Virus record (IMG/VR): IMGVR_UViG_3300031555_004271
Location: 21,818 to 85,817 of that record
Reading direction: 5' to 3' (one strand)
Origin: a virus
Taxonomy: Duplodnaviria > Caudoviricetes
DNA length: 64,000 nucleotides
The notes under the pieces are model-generated. The model searched no databases and was not told where the DNA came from. It saw only the letters and a list, made by a program, of their open reading frames with translations. This document shows positions 38,523-49,139 of the stretch, piece by piece. Position numbers and translations under genes: made by a program. Each line of letters starts with the position of its first letter. The first letter of the stretch is position 1.

Positions 38523-40413
38523 TCTAAATGAATTGATAGCTAATAAGGAAGAATTCTATCAAAAACTAGATCTGTATGAAAGAAAAGTATTAGATGTATA
38601 TAAACGAAGAAAGATTGAAGTTACATTCTCTCTTAATGATGTAGTTTATGAATGTAGTTTAGCTAATCTAATTACTCAGATGATTCTGTTTATTCCATTT
38701 GTTAATTTGAATGAAATTCCTTCTAACGATTTTGTAATTCTAGACAAGATTAAGAACTTCAGTAAAGGTACAATAATCTCATACTTCAATGACATTATCA
38801 ATCACGTTATCAATGAACTAGAGATTACTGACAAAGAGTATTATGACAAACTAAATGTTTCTATTAAGGAATCTATTAATCACTTATCTGACTTGAGTGG
38901 TAAGTTCAATGTCTACTCTGGTAGTACTATCATGCTTCACGATTTGATAAATCTTTATAGCGAGAATGAAAGATTTAAAGAACTAGTTGATGAAGAAGTA
39001 CCTAATGGATTAGACTTCTCTGAGATTGAAGAGTTTGTCAATAAGGAATTTGATGAATTGATGAACATTCTTGAAGTAGAGGATACTTGTTTTAGACCTT
39101 ACTTTAATGCTAAGACTGGTATTAACAGAAAACAGTTTAAAGAAATTGTCTCTACGATTGCTCTGAAAGCTGACTTGGATGGTAATTTGATTCCTTATTG
39201 TATTCAAGCTAACTATCTTAAGGGTTTGAACAATATTACTGACTTCTTTATTGTTTCTATTCTGGCAAGAAAAGCCTTGATAACTAGCCATAAGCGAGTG
39301 AAAGAAAGTGGGTATTTGACTAGAAAATTGTCACTACTTTTGATGGACACCTTCTTATCCAAGGAAGAGGATTGTGAAACTGATGAGTATATTGAAGTTT
39401 TAGTAGATTCTAAGGATACTGCAAAACGTTACAATTTGAGATATTTCCTGAATAAAAAGGAAAATTGTCTAGAAAGATTTGATACTAAGTTACATGAAAA
39501 CCTAATTGGTCAAACTCTAAAGTTCCGTAGTCCTATTAAATGTAAATGTAAAGATGGTAAAATCTGTCATACTTGTTATGGTGATCTATCTAATGTGAAT
39601 AATGATATTCATGTAGGTATCCTAGCAGTTCTAGAGCTTACTGAACAGCTTACTCAGAAATTGCTTAGTGCTAAGCACTTACAGACAACTGCCTCGGACG
39701 TTATCGATTGGCCTAAAGAAATGTTACAATACTTCATTGTAGATAAGGGTTCTGTATACATTGATACTGAGAAAGAAAAGTCTGGTGCATTTATCGTAAT
39801 TGATGATGATGACATTGAAAGAGACGATGATGATAATAGCATCATTATAAACAAGTTCTCCATTAGAAGTCGTCTAGGAACTGAAATTGAGATTACTCCT
39901 CCTATCAGATTAGTATTCTCTAGAACACTTACTGATCTAATTGAGAATAATCCAGTAAGAGATTCCAATAACAAAATTACAATGAGTGTTAAATCTCTAT
40001 GTGCTATTAACGATGCTATCTTTACTTTCAATCTAGAGAATAATGAGCTGTCTACTTCCCTACAGGCAATTATTAATCTGATTGAAAGTTCTGATCATCT
40101 AGGTATTAGTAACATTGATGAAATGACAAATAAGTTCCTAGAACTACTAAATGAAGGTGATATTGGACTAAATGCAGTTCATGCTGAATTGATTCTAAGA
40201 GAACTATGTAGAGATGCTAATAGTCTCACTAAGAAACCTGAAAGATATGATAATGAGGAGAATTATCAGATTCTAAAGGTTTCTGATGGTATTTTCAATT
40301 CTCCTTCTTCTGCTGTATCTCTAAGTTTCGAGCATTTGAAGAAACAAATCCAGTCACCTGAACTTTATGAAAAGGATGGTACATCTATTCTAGATGACCT
40401 GTATTTTAACTAA
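38503..40413 (+). CDS. Non-virion RNA polymerase beta' C subunit (AR9 gp154-like)
   Basis: ARKALIT..VKESGYLTRKL, EDC, RSPIKC, ICHTCYG, LTQKLLSAKH. Confidence 0.9.
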   Translation: MAKKTINLNELIANKEEFYQKLDLYERKVLDVYKRRKIEVTFSLNDVVYECSLANLITQMILFIPFVNLNEIPSNDFVILDKIKNFSKGTIISYFNDIINHVINELEITDKEYYDKLNVSIKESINHLSDLSGKFNVYSGSTIMLHDLINLYSENERFKELVDEEVPNGLDFSEIEEFVNKEFDELMNILEVEDTCFRPYFNAKTGINRKQFKEIVSTIALKADLDGNLIPYCIQANYLKGLNNITDFFIVSILARKALITSHKRVKESGYLTRKLSLLLMDTFLSKEEDCETDEYIEVLVDSKDTAKRYNLRYFLNKKENCLERFDTKLHENLIGQTLKFRSPIKCKCKDGKICHTCYGDLSNVNNDIHVGILAVLELTEQLTQKLLSAKHLQTTASDVIDWPKEMLQYFIVDKGSVYIDTEKEKSGAFIVIDDDDIERDDDDNSIIINKFSIRSRLGTEIEITPPIRLVFSRTLTDLIENNPVRDSNNKITMSVKSLCAINDAIFTFNLENNELSTSLQAIINLIESSDHLGISNIDEMTNKFLELLNEGDIGLNAVHAELILRELCRDANSLTKKPERYDNEENYQILKVSDGIFNSPSSAVSLSFEHLKKQIQSPELYEKDGTSILDDLYFN

Positions 40414-40473
40414 TTAAAAATTTGTAGAATAAGTATATAACACATACTTATTCTACATTTTTTTGAAAGGAAG

Positions 40474-41034
40474 TTGCAAAAGATGATGAATTTTGAATCT
40501 GAATTTAGACAGTTACAGAGTGAATTTTATAGAATACGTAGTGAATTTGATAGTTTCCAAGGTCAGATAAATACTAAGCTAAATAATAAGTATGATTGTG
40601 ATTCCGTAGAATACAAACTAGAACAGATAAGACAAAGTATAATGATTTTAGAAGCTAGAATAGAAGAAAAATTTTCACTATTACCCCATCAGCAAGTATT
40701 AAATGTTTACTACTTAGAACATAAAGAGAACTATAATAGTGTATTCTATGATCTATATGAATTATCAGAATTCTTAAAGGAAAAGATCTTTAAAGATGAA
40801 AATGTTCATTTTAAAGTATTTAGTTATAATACTGAGTATTCTTTTCATGTAAATCTAAACTCTAGAGATACATATTTCCAGTATTCCAATTTTGAAGCTA
40901 GAGATTTTCTAATCAAAATTCCATGTTTTGATGAAGAAAATCCAACTCTAGAACACTATAAGTATTGTATAAATACTGAAGTATTAGTTAGAAAACTAAA
41001 AGAGACTATTTTCAATGGTATTATGACAAACTAA
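40474..41034 (+). CDS. Hypothetical protein, N-terminal coiled coil; C-terminus related to 41045-41710
   Basis: YCINTEVLVRKLKETIFN vs FYVNTENLLAILKKATFN. Confidence 0.6.
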   Translation: MQKMMNFESEFRQLQSEFYRIRSEFDSFQGQINTKLNNKYDCDSVEYKLEQIRQSIMILEARIEEKFSLLPHQQVLNVYYLEHKENYNSVFYDLYELSEFLKEKIFKDENVHFKVFSYNTEYSFHVNLNSRDTYFQYSNFEARDFLIKIPCFDEENPTLEHYKYCINTEVLVRKLKETIFNGIMTN

Positions 41035-41044
41035 TAGAAAGGAA

Positions 41045-41710
41045 ATGATTGTAATGACAAATTATCTTGATGCTAAATCTGCTATTTCAACTTGTGAAAG
41101 CTATGTAGATAATTCTATCTCTTCAGTTTCAAACATTAATGTTACTGATGTTTCTTTAAATTCTATTCTCTCATCTAAAACTATAGATGATTCAGGACTA
41201 AGTGATTGCGCAACATCATCAAAAACAATTACTATTAATTCAAATGATATTAGTAGTAATTGGTGGACTACTACAGGTGGTACTTCTATAGGTACTATTA
41301 GTCCTAGTTATGATTATGTTACTGTATCTGGCACTTTAAATGGTTATCTTAGTAATAATGAAGCAAAAATACAATTTAGTATTTTAGAAAGATATTTTAA
41401 GATGGGTTTTGTTAAGTCTAATAAATACGATAAAGAGCTAACTAAGAGTGAATTCCTAGATTTAGTAACACTCTATATAAACAGACTTACTAAACGAGAT
41501 GATTGTAAAGTAAGTTTTGATAAGGATATAATGTTAGAAACACTTACTTTTAATATTGATAGATCTACATCTTTCACTCTAGATAATGATAAAGACTTAT
41601 TACCAGAAACTTACCTATACTTTATGGACAAATTCTATGTAAATACAGAAAATCTCTTAGCTATTCTAAAGAAAGCTACATTTAACAGACTTCTAGATGT
41701 ACAAGTATAA
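41045..41710 (+). CDS. Hypothetical protein, Ser/Thr-rich N-terminus
   Basis: 221 aa ORF; shared C-terminal motif with the upstream gene. Confidence 0.6.
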   Translation: MIVMTNYLDAKSAISTCESYVDNSISSVSNINVTDVSLNSILSSKTIDDSGLSDCATSSKTITINSNDISSNWWTTTGGTSIGTISPSYDYVTVSGTLNGYLSNNEAKIQFSILERYFKMGFVKSNKYDKELTKSEFLDLVTLYINRLTKRDDCKVSFDKDIMLETLTFNIDRSTSFTLDNDKDLLPETYLYFMDKFYVNTENLLAILKKATFNRLLDVQV

Positions 41711-41825
41711 AAATCTGTAATAAAGAATTTTTTAAATATATATTCTAAATTTGTATAGTACGTAAATCTTTCTATGTACTATACAGATAAAACTTTTTTA
41801 CTATTTTTAAAGGAGACTAAACACT

Positions 41826-42854
41826 ATGACTAATCCCACAATTACTAATGAATTAACTAAGAAGATCAAATCTAGTAAGATCTATGGCTTTTTCCATAAC
41901 GATCTGGACGGATATGGATGTGGTAAAGTAGGAGACTGCTTCGTAAATCTTGCAGGCGCAAGCTATCTAACTTACGGAAAAGTAGATAGCGCAATCGATG
42001 AATACTGCAATAAGACATACAAAGAATATGATGGTCTGATTGTAGCAGATCTTAATCTAAGTATGGAAAAGTTGGAAAAGCTTAACAAGCTGGTCGAAGA
42101 AGGTCATATCGTTATGTATTTTGACCATCACTTCAAGTCTTTGGATCAGTTTGATTTCTTTAAGAAGTCCAATATCATCTTCAAGTACGATAAGGATTAT
42201 TGTGCTACTTACATCATGTTCAAGTATTTCATGTCTAATGGTTATACTACAGATGTAAATACTGAAAAGTTCGGTGAGGTTATCACCTTGATTGATTCTT
42301 GGGATATGTATAAGTGGAAGGATCCTAATACTTTTGAAGTAGTTAATGAGAATGCTTATAGTCTCAGTCTCTACTTCAAGAATTTTGGTTTTGTAAAGAC
42401 CATTATGAAGATCGATAACTACATTAACGATAGATTTAACAATCTCTTTAGTAATACTGAAATTTCTATCATTGACTTCCTTAAGAGAGACATCAAACGT
42501 GGAGTCTATGATAGAAACAAGAATCTTGTTGTAATGCCTTATACTTTTGAAGATGAGACAATGGATATTGGTGTTACTTTTGCAGATAAGGATGTTACTG
42601 AAATTGGCACTATGTTGAATGTTCTGAATAAGAATCTTTCTTTCATTGTAGTCGTTGATATGACCCATAAGAGTGTTAATTTCAGAACCATTTTCAATAA
42701 GCCTAATCTTGCAAAGATTGCTGCTGTTTATGGTGGTGGCGGTCATCCCAAGGCGGCTGGTTGTGTATTAACCAATGAAGCTTTCAATGATTTTGTAAGT
42801 AGGACTTCTAATAGAGGTGAATCTTTTATCTCTTTAGAAAAAACTGAAGAGTAA
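41826..42854 (+). CDS. DHH-DHHA1 family phosphoesterase (NrnA/NrnB-like)
   Basis: HNDLDG, VADL, FDHH, GGGGHPKAAG. Confidence 0.88.
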   Translation: MTNPTITNELTKKIKSSKIYGFFHNDLDGYGCGKVGDCFVNLAGASYLTYGKVDSAIDEYCNKTYKEYDGLIVADLNLSMEKLEKLNKLVEEGHIVMYFDHHFKSLDQFDFFKKSNIIFKYDKDYCATYIMFKYFMSNGYTTDVNTEKFGEVITLIDSWDMYKWKDPNTFEVVNENAYSLSLYFKNFGFVKTIMKIDNYINDRFNNLFSNTEISIIDFLKRDIKRGVYDRNKNLVVMPYTFEDETMDIGVTFADKDVTEIGTMLNVLNKNLSFIVVVDMTHKSVNFRTIFNKPNLAKIAAVYGGGGHPKAAGCVLTNEAFNDFVSRTSNRGESFISLEKTEE

Positions 42855-42984
42855 TAATATAAAAAGGGGTATTAGATTCTTATCTAATACCCCTTTTTTC
42901 AAATTGAAATAAACAAATTTATCTATACATTTTAAAAACTAGGTGTATAGTAAAATTAATAAAATTAGGAGAGAAAAGACAAAT

Positions 42985-44265
42985 ATGAAGACTAAAATTA
43001 ATAAGAGATATATGTTCGGTATAAAAATTCTTTCTATACTGATTTTACTTCTCTTTACAACTTTCGTGATCGTATCTGTTATTAGATCAACTAATAATGT
43101 ACAAGATATTATTGTATTTGAAGAATCAAAAGAAGCTATTAGTGAAGAATCTGGTGGTTTACAATCAACTAATAAAGTTACATACGCCAATTTGATTGAA
43201 ACATCTTTTGATTCTGAGGGAAAATCTTTTAATGAAAATATTAATTATAGTCTACTAATAGAAGAGTCATTAAATGATATTCAAAATACCGATTTTAATC
43301 AGGTAAAAGAATATGAAAGATTAAATAATCTTAAGGTAGATTATATGAAATTAGATAGTCCTAAGATTGAATATTTTAAAGATTTTAATTCTTGGGAAGA
43401 ATTATTCATGAGTGATACCTTGGATGATTACTTTATTGAGAAAGATGAAAAATACATGATTGTAAATGTAACATCTTGTGTAAATTTAAGAAGTGGTCCT
43501 AGTACTTCATATGATGTAGTAGATACACTTAAGAATTATACACCTGTTACTTTCCTTGGTTTAATTGTAAGTGAGGAAAATGGAACATGGTATAAAGTTT
43601 TATCTAATGAACAAATAGGATTTATTCATGGTGATTATGTATCAATCTATGATGAATCTATCATTCAAAATTCTATTAAAACAAATTCTACAAATACAAC
43701 TACTACTTCTAAAGAAGAAAATATTCCTAAAAAGGAAGATGTTTTAGTAGAAGAAACTATTCCTCCTACAGATAATAATACAGAAGAAACACCATCGGTT
43801 GAAGAAACCATTCCTACTACTGATTCTATTGAGGATGATAATGTGACTGATGTTCCTGAAGAAACTATTCCTTCTGAAGAAACTACTCCTGAAAATAGTG
43901 ATATTGATGAAGAAGATCTTTATTGGTTATCAGTGGCAATCACTATGGAAGGCGGCTGTTCTTGGTATCCTGAGTGGTTAAGAAATTACATCGGTTGTGT
44001 TGTACTAAATCGTGTAGAATGTCCCGATCTTTATTCTGACACTATTTATGGAGTACTTCATGATCCTGGTCAATATCCTTGGGCGGGAGGATGGCATAAA
44101 GAACCTTATGAATGGTGTGTTGATACAGCTAGGGATTTGTTAAATGGTAATAGAATGTTACCTTCTGACATAATCTATCAAGCTGGTTTCAAACAGGGAA
44201 GCTACGTATATGAACAGTATTATGATGATGTATTAGGTAGTTATTTCTACTTCTGTGGTAGATAA
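42985..44265 (+). CDS. Membrane-anchored cell wall hydrolase: TM + SH3b + acidic linker + SleB-like Hydrolase_2
   Basis: N-terminal TM; VNLRSGPST...WYKV...GFIHGDYV; AITMEGG, VVLNRV, GVLHDPGQY. Confidence 0.85.
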   Translation: MKTKINKRYMFGIKILSILILLLFTTFVIVSVIRSTNNVQDIIVFEESKEAISEESGGLQSTNKVTYANLIETSFDSEGKSFNENINYSLLIEESLNDIQNTDFNQVKEYERLNNLKVDYMKLDSPKIEYFKDFNSWEELFMSDTLDDYFIEKDEKYMIVNVTSCVNLRSGPSTSYDVVDTLKNYTPVTFLGLIVSEENGTWYKVLSNEQIGFIHGDYVSIYDESIIQNSIKTNSTNTTTTSKEENIPKKEDVLVEETIPPTDNNTEETPSVEETIPTTDSIEDDNVTDVPEETIPSEETTPENSDIDEEDLYWLSVAITMEGGCSWYPEWLRNYIGCVVLNRVECPDLYSDTIYGVLHDPGQYPWAGGWHKEPYEWCVDTARDLLNGNRMLPSDIIYQAGFKQGSYVYEQYYDDVLGSYFYFCGR

Positions 44266-44366
44266 CATAGAAAGAAGATAAGGATTCATTTCCTTATCTT
44301 CTTTTTTTTTATTAAAAAAAACTAGAAATATATATTATAAAGATGAAAATTCTATAGAAATGGAGG

Positions 44367-46952
44367 TTGAATCTTTTGTATAAGATAGAAGTACTGACAT
44401 CTAGTATAGTGATTCACGACTATAAAAAAGGTAACTATATTAGCTTTAAGAATAAACTATCTGTATGGCAAAAAACAAAAGGTGGTGGAAGTTATATAAC
44501 TTGGTCGGCTTATGAAGAAGATGAAGAAAATGAAACATTACGTATTCATAAAGGTATTAAGTTAAATGAGTTAATGTACTATTTTCCTAAACACACTTTA
44601 GAATATGATACAAGTGGAAATCCTTGTAAGTACATGAAACTAAATTTAACAGTAAAACCTAGAAGTGAGATACAGGAAAAGAGTATAGAGTACCTTTTAA
44701 ACAAGAGTGAATTTTCAGAATTTAAGAATGAAACACAAAAATTCCTATGCTTGAAGCCAGGTGATGGAAAAGCACAACCAGTTAATACTGTCATTCCTAC
44801 ACCTAATGGTTTTAGACAACTTGGTGATTTAAATGTAGGTGATTATGTATTTGATAGAAATGGTAATCCTACTAAAGTTACTGGAATTTTTAGGAGAGGT
44901 AAATTAGACAATTTTAAAGTTGAGTTAAGTGATGGTCGTATAACATATTGTAATGACGACCATCTATGGACAGTTAAATACGCATCTATTGACAATAATA
45001 CTAAACAAAGAGTTATTAAAGAACGCACTATTCCGCTTAGTGAGATTATATCAAAAGGTGTACTAAATAAACAGAAAAGATATAATTTCTGGATTCCTAT
45101 GAATGGAGAAGTTGAATATCCAGAAGTAACACTTCCTGTTGATCCTTATGTTTTAGGATGTTTTATTGGAGATGGATGTCTTACTGAAAAGGCTCTAACA
45201 TTGAGTGCAAAAGATGAATTTATTACAAACAAAGTAGCTAATATATTAGATTGTAAGCCATTTAAATATCATAAATCTAATTATAGTTATAAATTTGAAA
45301 TGAAACATAAACTATTTTCAGAAGATAGTCATACTTTTTATAAATACATTAGAACTAAGGATATTTTTGAAAATAATGAATTTAATCTAGTTGGATATAA
45401 GTCTGATAACAAGTATATTCCAGAAATTTATAAAACTGCAAGTGTAGAACAACGTTATCAATTACTTCAGGGTTTATTTGATACAGATGGATATATTGCA
45501 GATAATGATAGATGTCACGTAAGATATGATACTATTTCTAAAAATTTGGCAGAAGATATAAAAGAAATTTTAACATCATTAGGTTTATCAGCTACTATTT
45601 GTGAAAATACTAGAGAAAATAGAGAAAATTATAAATGTTATGTAGTTCGTGTTAATATTCCAAATTATAAAAAAGTTAAACTTTTCTCTATGCCAAGAAA
45701 AGTAGCAATTGCTGAAAAACATAAAGATGAAATTAAAAGAAGAGATTATGATTATATAGCTATTACATCTGTCGAGAAAATGGATAATCAAGAAGAAATG
45801 CTTTGTATCAGAGTAGATAATCCAGATCATCTATACCTTACCTCAGACTATATAGTAACACATAATACGTATACAGCTATCAACTATGTAACTAAATCTG
45901 GTAGAATCCCAATTATTGTAGTTGACAATGATAAAATTTTAAATCAATGGAAAGAATCTTTTAAGAAATTTACTGATATAGAAGATGATGAATTATTTGT
46001 AATTTCTGGTAGTTCTACTATCAAGAAACTAATGAAACAGACTAATAACCCATACAAAGTATACTTAGCTAGTCATAGAACTCTAGATTCATATTGTAAT
46101 GGTAATTGGGAGCTGATAAACGACCTATTCCAAAAACTAGGTATTGGTGATAAGATTTTTGATGAAGCTCATATAGAATGGAGAAACATTTTCTACATTG
46201 ACATTAATACAGATGTAAAAAATACAATCTATCTAACAGCTACACCAGCTCGCAGTCAATATAATGAACAAGAAGTATATAGTCGTTTATTTGATGGTAT
46301 TGTTACATTTGGTTTAACTGAGTCTAGAGATGTAAAATATATCAGATATATAGAATATTTATGGAGTTCTCACCCTACAGAATTTCAAGAATTGAATATG
46401 TCTAATGCACATGGATTTGATAGTAATGCTTATAATGATTATCTATTAAAACTCAAGTATGATAGATTCTTTAAACTATTAAAGACTCTATTGAATGATC
46501 TATGGAATAAAGATCCAGATCAGAAGATTGCTATAGTTGTAAACTGTAACAATATGATAGAAAAACTATATGATGACTTTTCAAAATCCATTTTCATTAA
46601 TAGTCAAACTAAGAAAGCTAGAAAAATTAAAGTTGGTAGATTTTGCGGTTTAGTACCTAAGTCCTCTAGAGATAAAGAGTTAGATAATCAGCTAATTCTA
46701 ACAACGCTTAAAGGATTTGGTAAAGGTGTAGATGTTGATGGACTATGTATTGTTATTAATACTGTTAGTGTATCTTCATCAGTTATAATGGAGCAATTGT
46801 CAGGTAGATTAAGATATAAAGATGGTGTAAAAAAGTATTTCATACAGTTAACAGATCAAGGTTTTAAACAATGCCGAAATCATAGTAAAATTCGTAATAA
46901 ATTCATGCAAAAAGTAGCTAAAAAATCTTTTATTTTAAACGAAAAAAATTAA
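44367..46952 (+). CDS. Superfamily II helicase (UvsW-like) containing an intein
   Basis: Spliced Walker A PGDGK|T, DEAH, TAT, QLSGR. Confidence 0.88.
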   Translation: MNLLYKIEVLTSSIVIHDYKKGNYISFKNKLSVWQKTKGGGSYITWSAYEEDEENETLRIHKGIKLNELMYYFPKHTLEYDTSGNPCKYMKLNLTVKPRSEIQEKSIEYLLNKSEFSEFKNETQKFLCLKPGDGKAQPVNTVIPTPNGFRQLGDLNVGDYVFDRNGNPTKVTGIFRRGKLDNFKVELSDGRITYCNDDHLWTVKYASIDNNTKQRVIKERTIPLSEIISKGVLNKQKRYNFWIPMNGEVEYPEVTLPVDPYVLGCFIGDGCLTEKALTLSAKDEFITNKVANILDCKPFKYHKSNYSYKFEMKHKLFSEDSHTFYKYIRTKDIFENNEFNLVGYKSDNKYIPEIYKTASVEQRYQLLQGLFDTDGYIADNDRCHVRYDTISKNLAEDIKEILTSLGLSATICENTRENRENYKCYVVRVNIPNYKKVKLFSMPRKVAIAEKHKDEIKRRDYDYIAITSVEKMDNQEEMLCIRVDNPDHLYLTSDYIVTHNTYTAINYVTKSGRIPIIVVDNDKILNQWKESFKKFTDIEDDELFVISGSSTIKKLMKQTNNPYKVYLASHRTLDSYCNGNWELINDLFQKLGIGDKIFDEAHIEWRNIFYIDINTDVKNTIYLTATPARSQYNEQEVYSRLFDGIVTFGLTESRDVKYIRYIEYLWSSHPTEFQELNMSNAHGFDSNAYNDYLLKLKYDRFFKLLKTLLNDLWNKDPDQKIAIVVNCNNMIEKLYDDFSKSIFINSQTKKARKIKVGRFCGLVPKSSRDKELDNQLILTTLKGFGKGVDVDGLCIVINTVSVSSSVIMEQLSGRLRYKDGVKKYFIQLTDQGFKQCRNHSKIRNKFMQKVAKKSFILNEKN
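44772..45866 (+). mobile_element. Class 3 (Ala-start) intein, 365 aa, with LAGLIDADG endonuclease
   Basis: AQP start, block B HLW, block F MLCIRV, block G VTHN followed by +1 Thr; LGCFIGDG and LQGLFDTDG motifs. Confidence 0.9.
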
Positions 46953-46994
46953 AACAAAGTATTACAAAAAGGTATGTGAAGAAAGGGAATACTT

Positions 46995-47744
46995 ATGAAT
47001 TTCGGTAATCTAGAAAAAATTGAAGAACTTATTCTAAGACCGTCTAGTAAGTTTTCTATAAAGAATACAGTCATTTTAGGTAGAAGAAATACTAAGACTG
47101 GTAATAGAATAGACTGTTTTAAAGAAGATTGTTACAAAAGCAATAAATATACTAACTATCAGTATGTTGGAAATTTGTATATAGAAAGTTCAGACTTTTT
47201 AGTATTTAGTTGTAAAGATAATGATACTAATAAAGTAAATGAAGTATATAGTTCCTATCAGCATATACAAAAGATAAGAAATGCATTTAATAAAGTTGCA
47301 GAAGATATAGAAGATGCTTTTAGAATTTTTGAAGATGGTACTATTGTATTAAAGCCAGAATATGAGGACTATGCAGTAAAGATTAACAATTTAGTGGGTA
47401 ACCATTGTATACAAATCGTATTTGATGTAGTTTATGATGAAGATAGCGTGAGTAATAAGTATGATAGAGGAGTAACTATCTTCTTTAATGAGGAGAACTA
47501 CTATACGACCATTAAAGAAGAAGAATTACATGGTATAACATACTTTATAAACAATTTTAATCTGTTATCTTCATCACAACATTTAAAACAAATGGCATAT
47601 ATGCAACAATTAGCGCATTCTTTAGAATTAGAAAATATAGAAATGTTACCTGTAGAATATAGCTATGGTAGTGGCGGTAAAATAGCAACTAATAGAAAAA
47701 GAAACTTTAAAAAAGTTTCTAAAGAAGATGTAGAAGAAGAATAA
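46995..47744 (+). CDS. Hypothetical protein
   Basis: 249 aa ORF with RBS. Confidence 0.65.
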   Translation: MNFGNLEKIEELILRPSSKFSIKNTVILGRRNTKTGNRIDCFKEDCYKSNKYTNYQYVGNLYIESSDFLVFSCKDNDTNKVNEVYSSYQHIQKIRNAFNKVAEDIEDAFRIFEDGTIVLKPEYEDYAVKINNLVGNHCIQIVFDVVYDEDSVSNKYDRGVTIFFNEENYYTTIKEEELHGITYFINNFNLLSSSQHLKQMAYMQQLAHSLELENIEMLPVEYSYGSGGKIATNRKRNFKKVSKEDVEEE

Positions 47745-47764
47745 AAAGAAAGGAAAGTATAACT

Positions 47765-48394
47765 ATGGAGCAGATACAGTATATAAAAGTTAATGACAAG
47801 TTTATAAAACTACATACTGAGTTTGATGAATATTCAGTAGTTAAAGATGATGCATATTTGGTTAATGATCAGATTTTTATATACAAAGGAAAATATATCA
47901 AGAGTAAGCAACCAAAACCTACAGGTTTATATCTAAAAGATGATGGTACTTTTATAAAAGTTGGTAAATCAGATATTTCTAAAGATAGCATTGTAAAGAA
48001 AGACAATAATGATTCTCTAAGTTCTTTACTATCGAATATAAGAAAAATGGATAAACCAACAGGTACTAAAAATTCGACTAGTAAAGTTTCAGTTAAAAAA
48101 ACATCTGCTAAAGAAAAGAGAAAGTTAGAGAATAACAAACGTATTAAGCGAGACGAAGTACTAAACTTCTCTATTTTCCCTGAAGACGATCCAATGGTTA
48201 GAATCATCAAGGAAAAGATAAATTCCATTTCCCTCACAATGGCTGATATCTATGAAGTTGTAGATTCTGATAGTGTTGGTTATAATCTATTCTATGGTTT
48301 ATCAACTAGACCTAACATGACTTGGAAGACTTTTGAAGTATGGTGTAATATCCTAGAAGTAGAACCTAATTTGACTATTAAAGACAAAGATTAA
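47765..48394 (+). CDS. Hypothetical protein, possible C-terminal HTH
   Basis: LTMADIYE...GYNLFYGL...MTWKTFEVWCNILEV resembles an XRE-type HTH. Confidence 0.45.
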   Translation: MEQIQYIKVNDKFIKLHTEFDEYSVVKDDAYLVNDQIFIYKGKYIKSKQPKPTGLYLKDDGTFIKVGKSDISKDSIVKKDNNDSLSSLLSNIRKMDKPTGTKNSTSKVSVKKTSAKEKRKLENNKRIKRDEVLNFSIFPEDDPMVRIIKEKINSISLTMADIYEVVDSDSVGYNLFYGLSTRPNMTWKTFEVWCNILEVEPNLTIKDKD

Positions 48395-48397
48395 AAA

Positions 48398-48444
48398 ATG
48401 AAAATAGACTCATATACCATAATAGGTATATGAGTCTATTTTTT
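48398..48444. terminator. Bidirectional terminator
   Basis: aaaatagactcatatacc-ataata-ggtatatgagtctatttttt. Confidence 0.85.
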
Positions 48445-48457
48445 TAAGTATTTTCCA

Positions 48458-49042
48458 TTACTCGCCTTCGAATTCTACTTCAGGGTTAGAATCCATTACT
48501 AACTTCTTTAGTAGAGTGAAGGTAGCACTGTCTTCATATTGTACCTGTCTTGCAGATAAAATTTTTTTACATAATGCTTTAGAAGAAAGGAAAGTTTCAT
48601 TGTAGTATGCTTCAGCACTTAAGTCTGGATCATCTACTAGAATCTCTTCAACCTCTTCTTCTTCAGTAACTATAACTTTTTCCTCATCAGTTTCAATTAC
48701 TGGTTGCTCTTCTTCATGAACAACTTCTTCTACTGCAGGTTCTTCTTGAACTTCTACAGTATTTTCAGCAACTACTTCTTCTTGCTGTTGTACAGGTTTT
48801 TCTTCTTCTACAACAGGAGGAATAAAATCAGGAATTTTAGTTTCCTTTACATCAATTGTCTTTTTTACAGAAGGATTCTCAATAATCTTAACTGGATAAC
48901 CTAGTTTGGTTAGATGATTGTAAAGCTCTTCAGTAATTAGAACAGGTCTCCGAATTGGACCTAGACCCAACTGTGGAATATGACCTCTTTTATTGATAGT
49001 CACCTTAATACGACCCAAGTTCTTTCTCACCTGCACTTTCAT
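48458..49042 (-). CDS. Acidic hypothetical virion-associated protein
   Basis: E/V-rich linker; late promoter at 49116-49127. Confidence 0.55.
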   Translation of the reverse strand: MKVQVRKNLGRIKVTINKRGHIPQLGLGPIRRPVLITEELYNHLTKLGYPVKIIENPSVKKTIDVKETKIPDFIPPVVEEEKPVQQQEEVVAENTVEVQEEPAVEEVVHEEEQPVIETDEEKVIVTEEEEVEEILVDDPDLSAEAYYNETFLSSKALCKKILSARQVQYEDSATFTLLKKLVMDSNPEVEFEGE

Positions 49043-49139
49043 TTTTATTTAAATATTCTATATTAAAAGTTTATACAATTCGTCTACTAATTATAGAAAC
49101 TTTTATTATATAACGTATTTAATTGTTAGATATATAGGA

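Noticed and set aside
42057-42746. 229 aa minus-strand ORF
   Set aside because: Shadow of the DHH gene, caused by its codon bias; no RBS or motif
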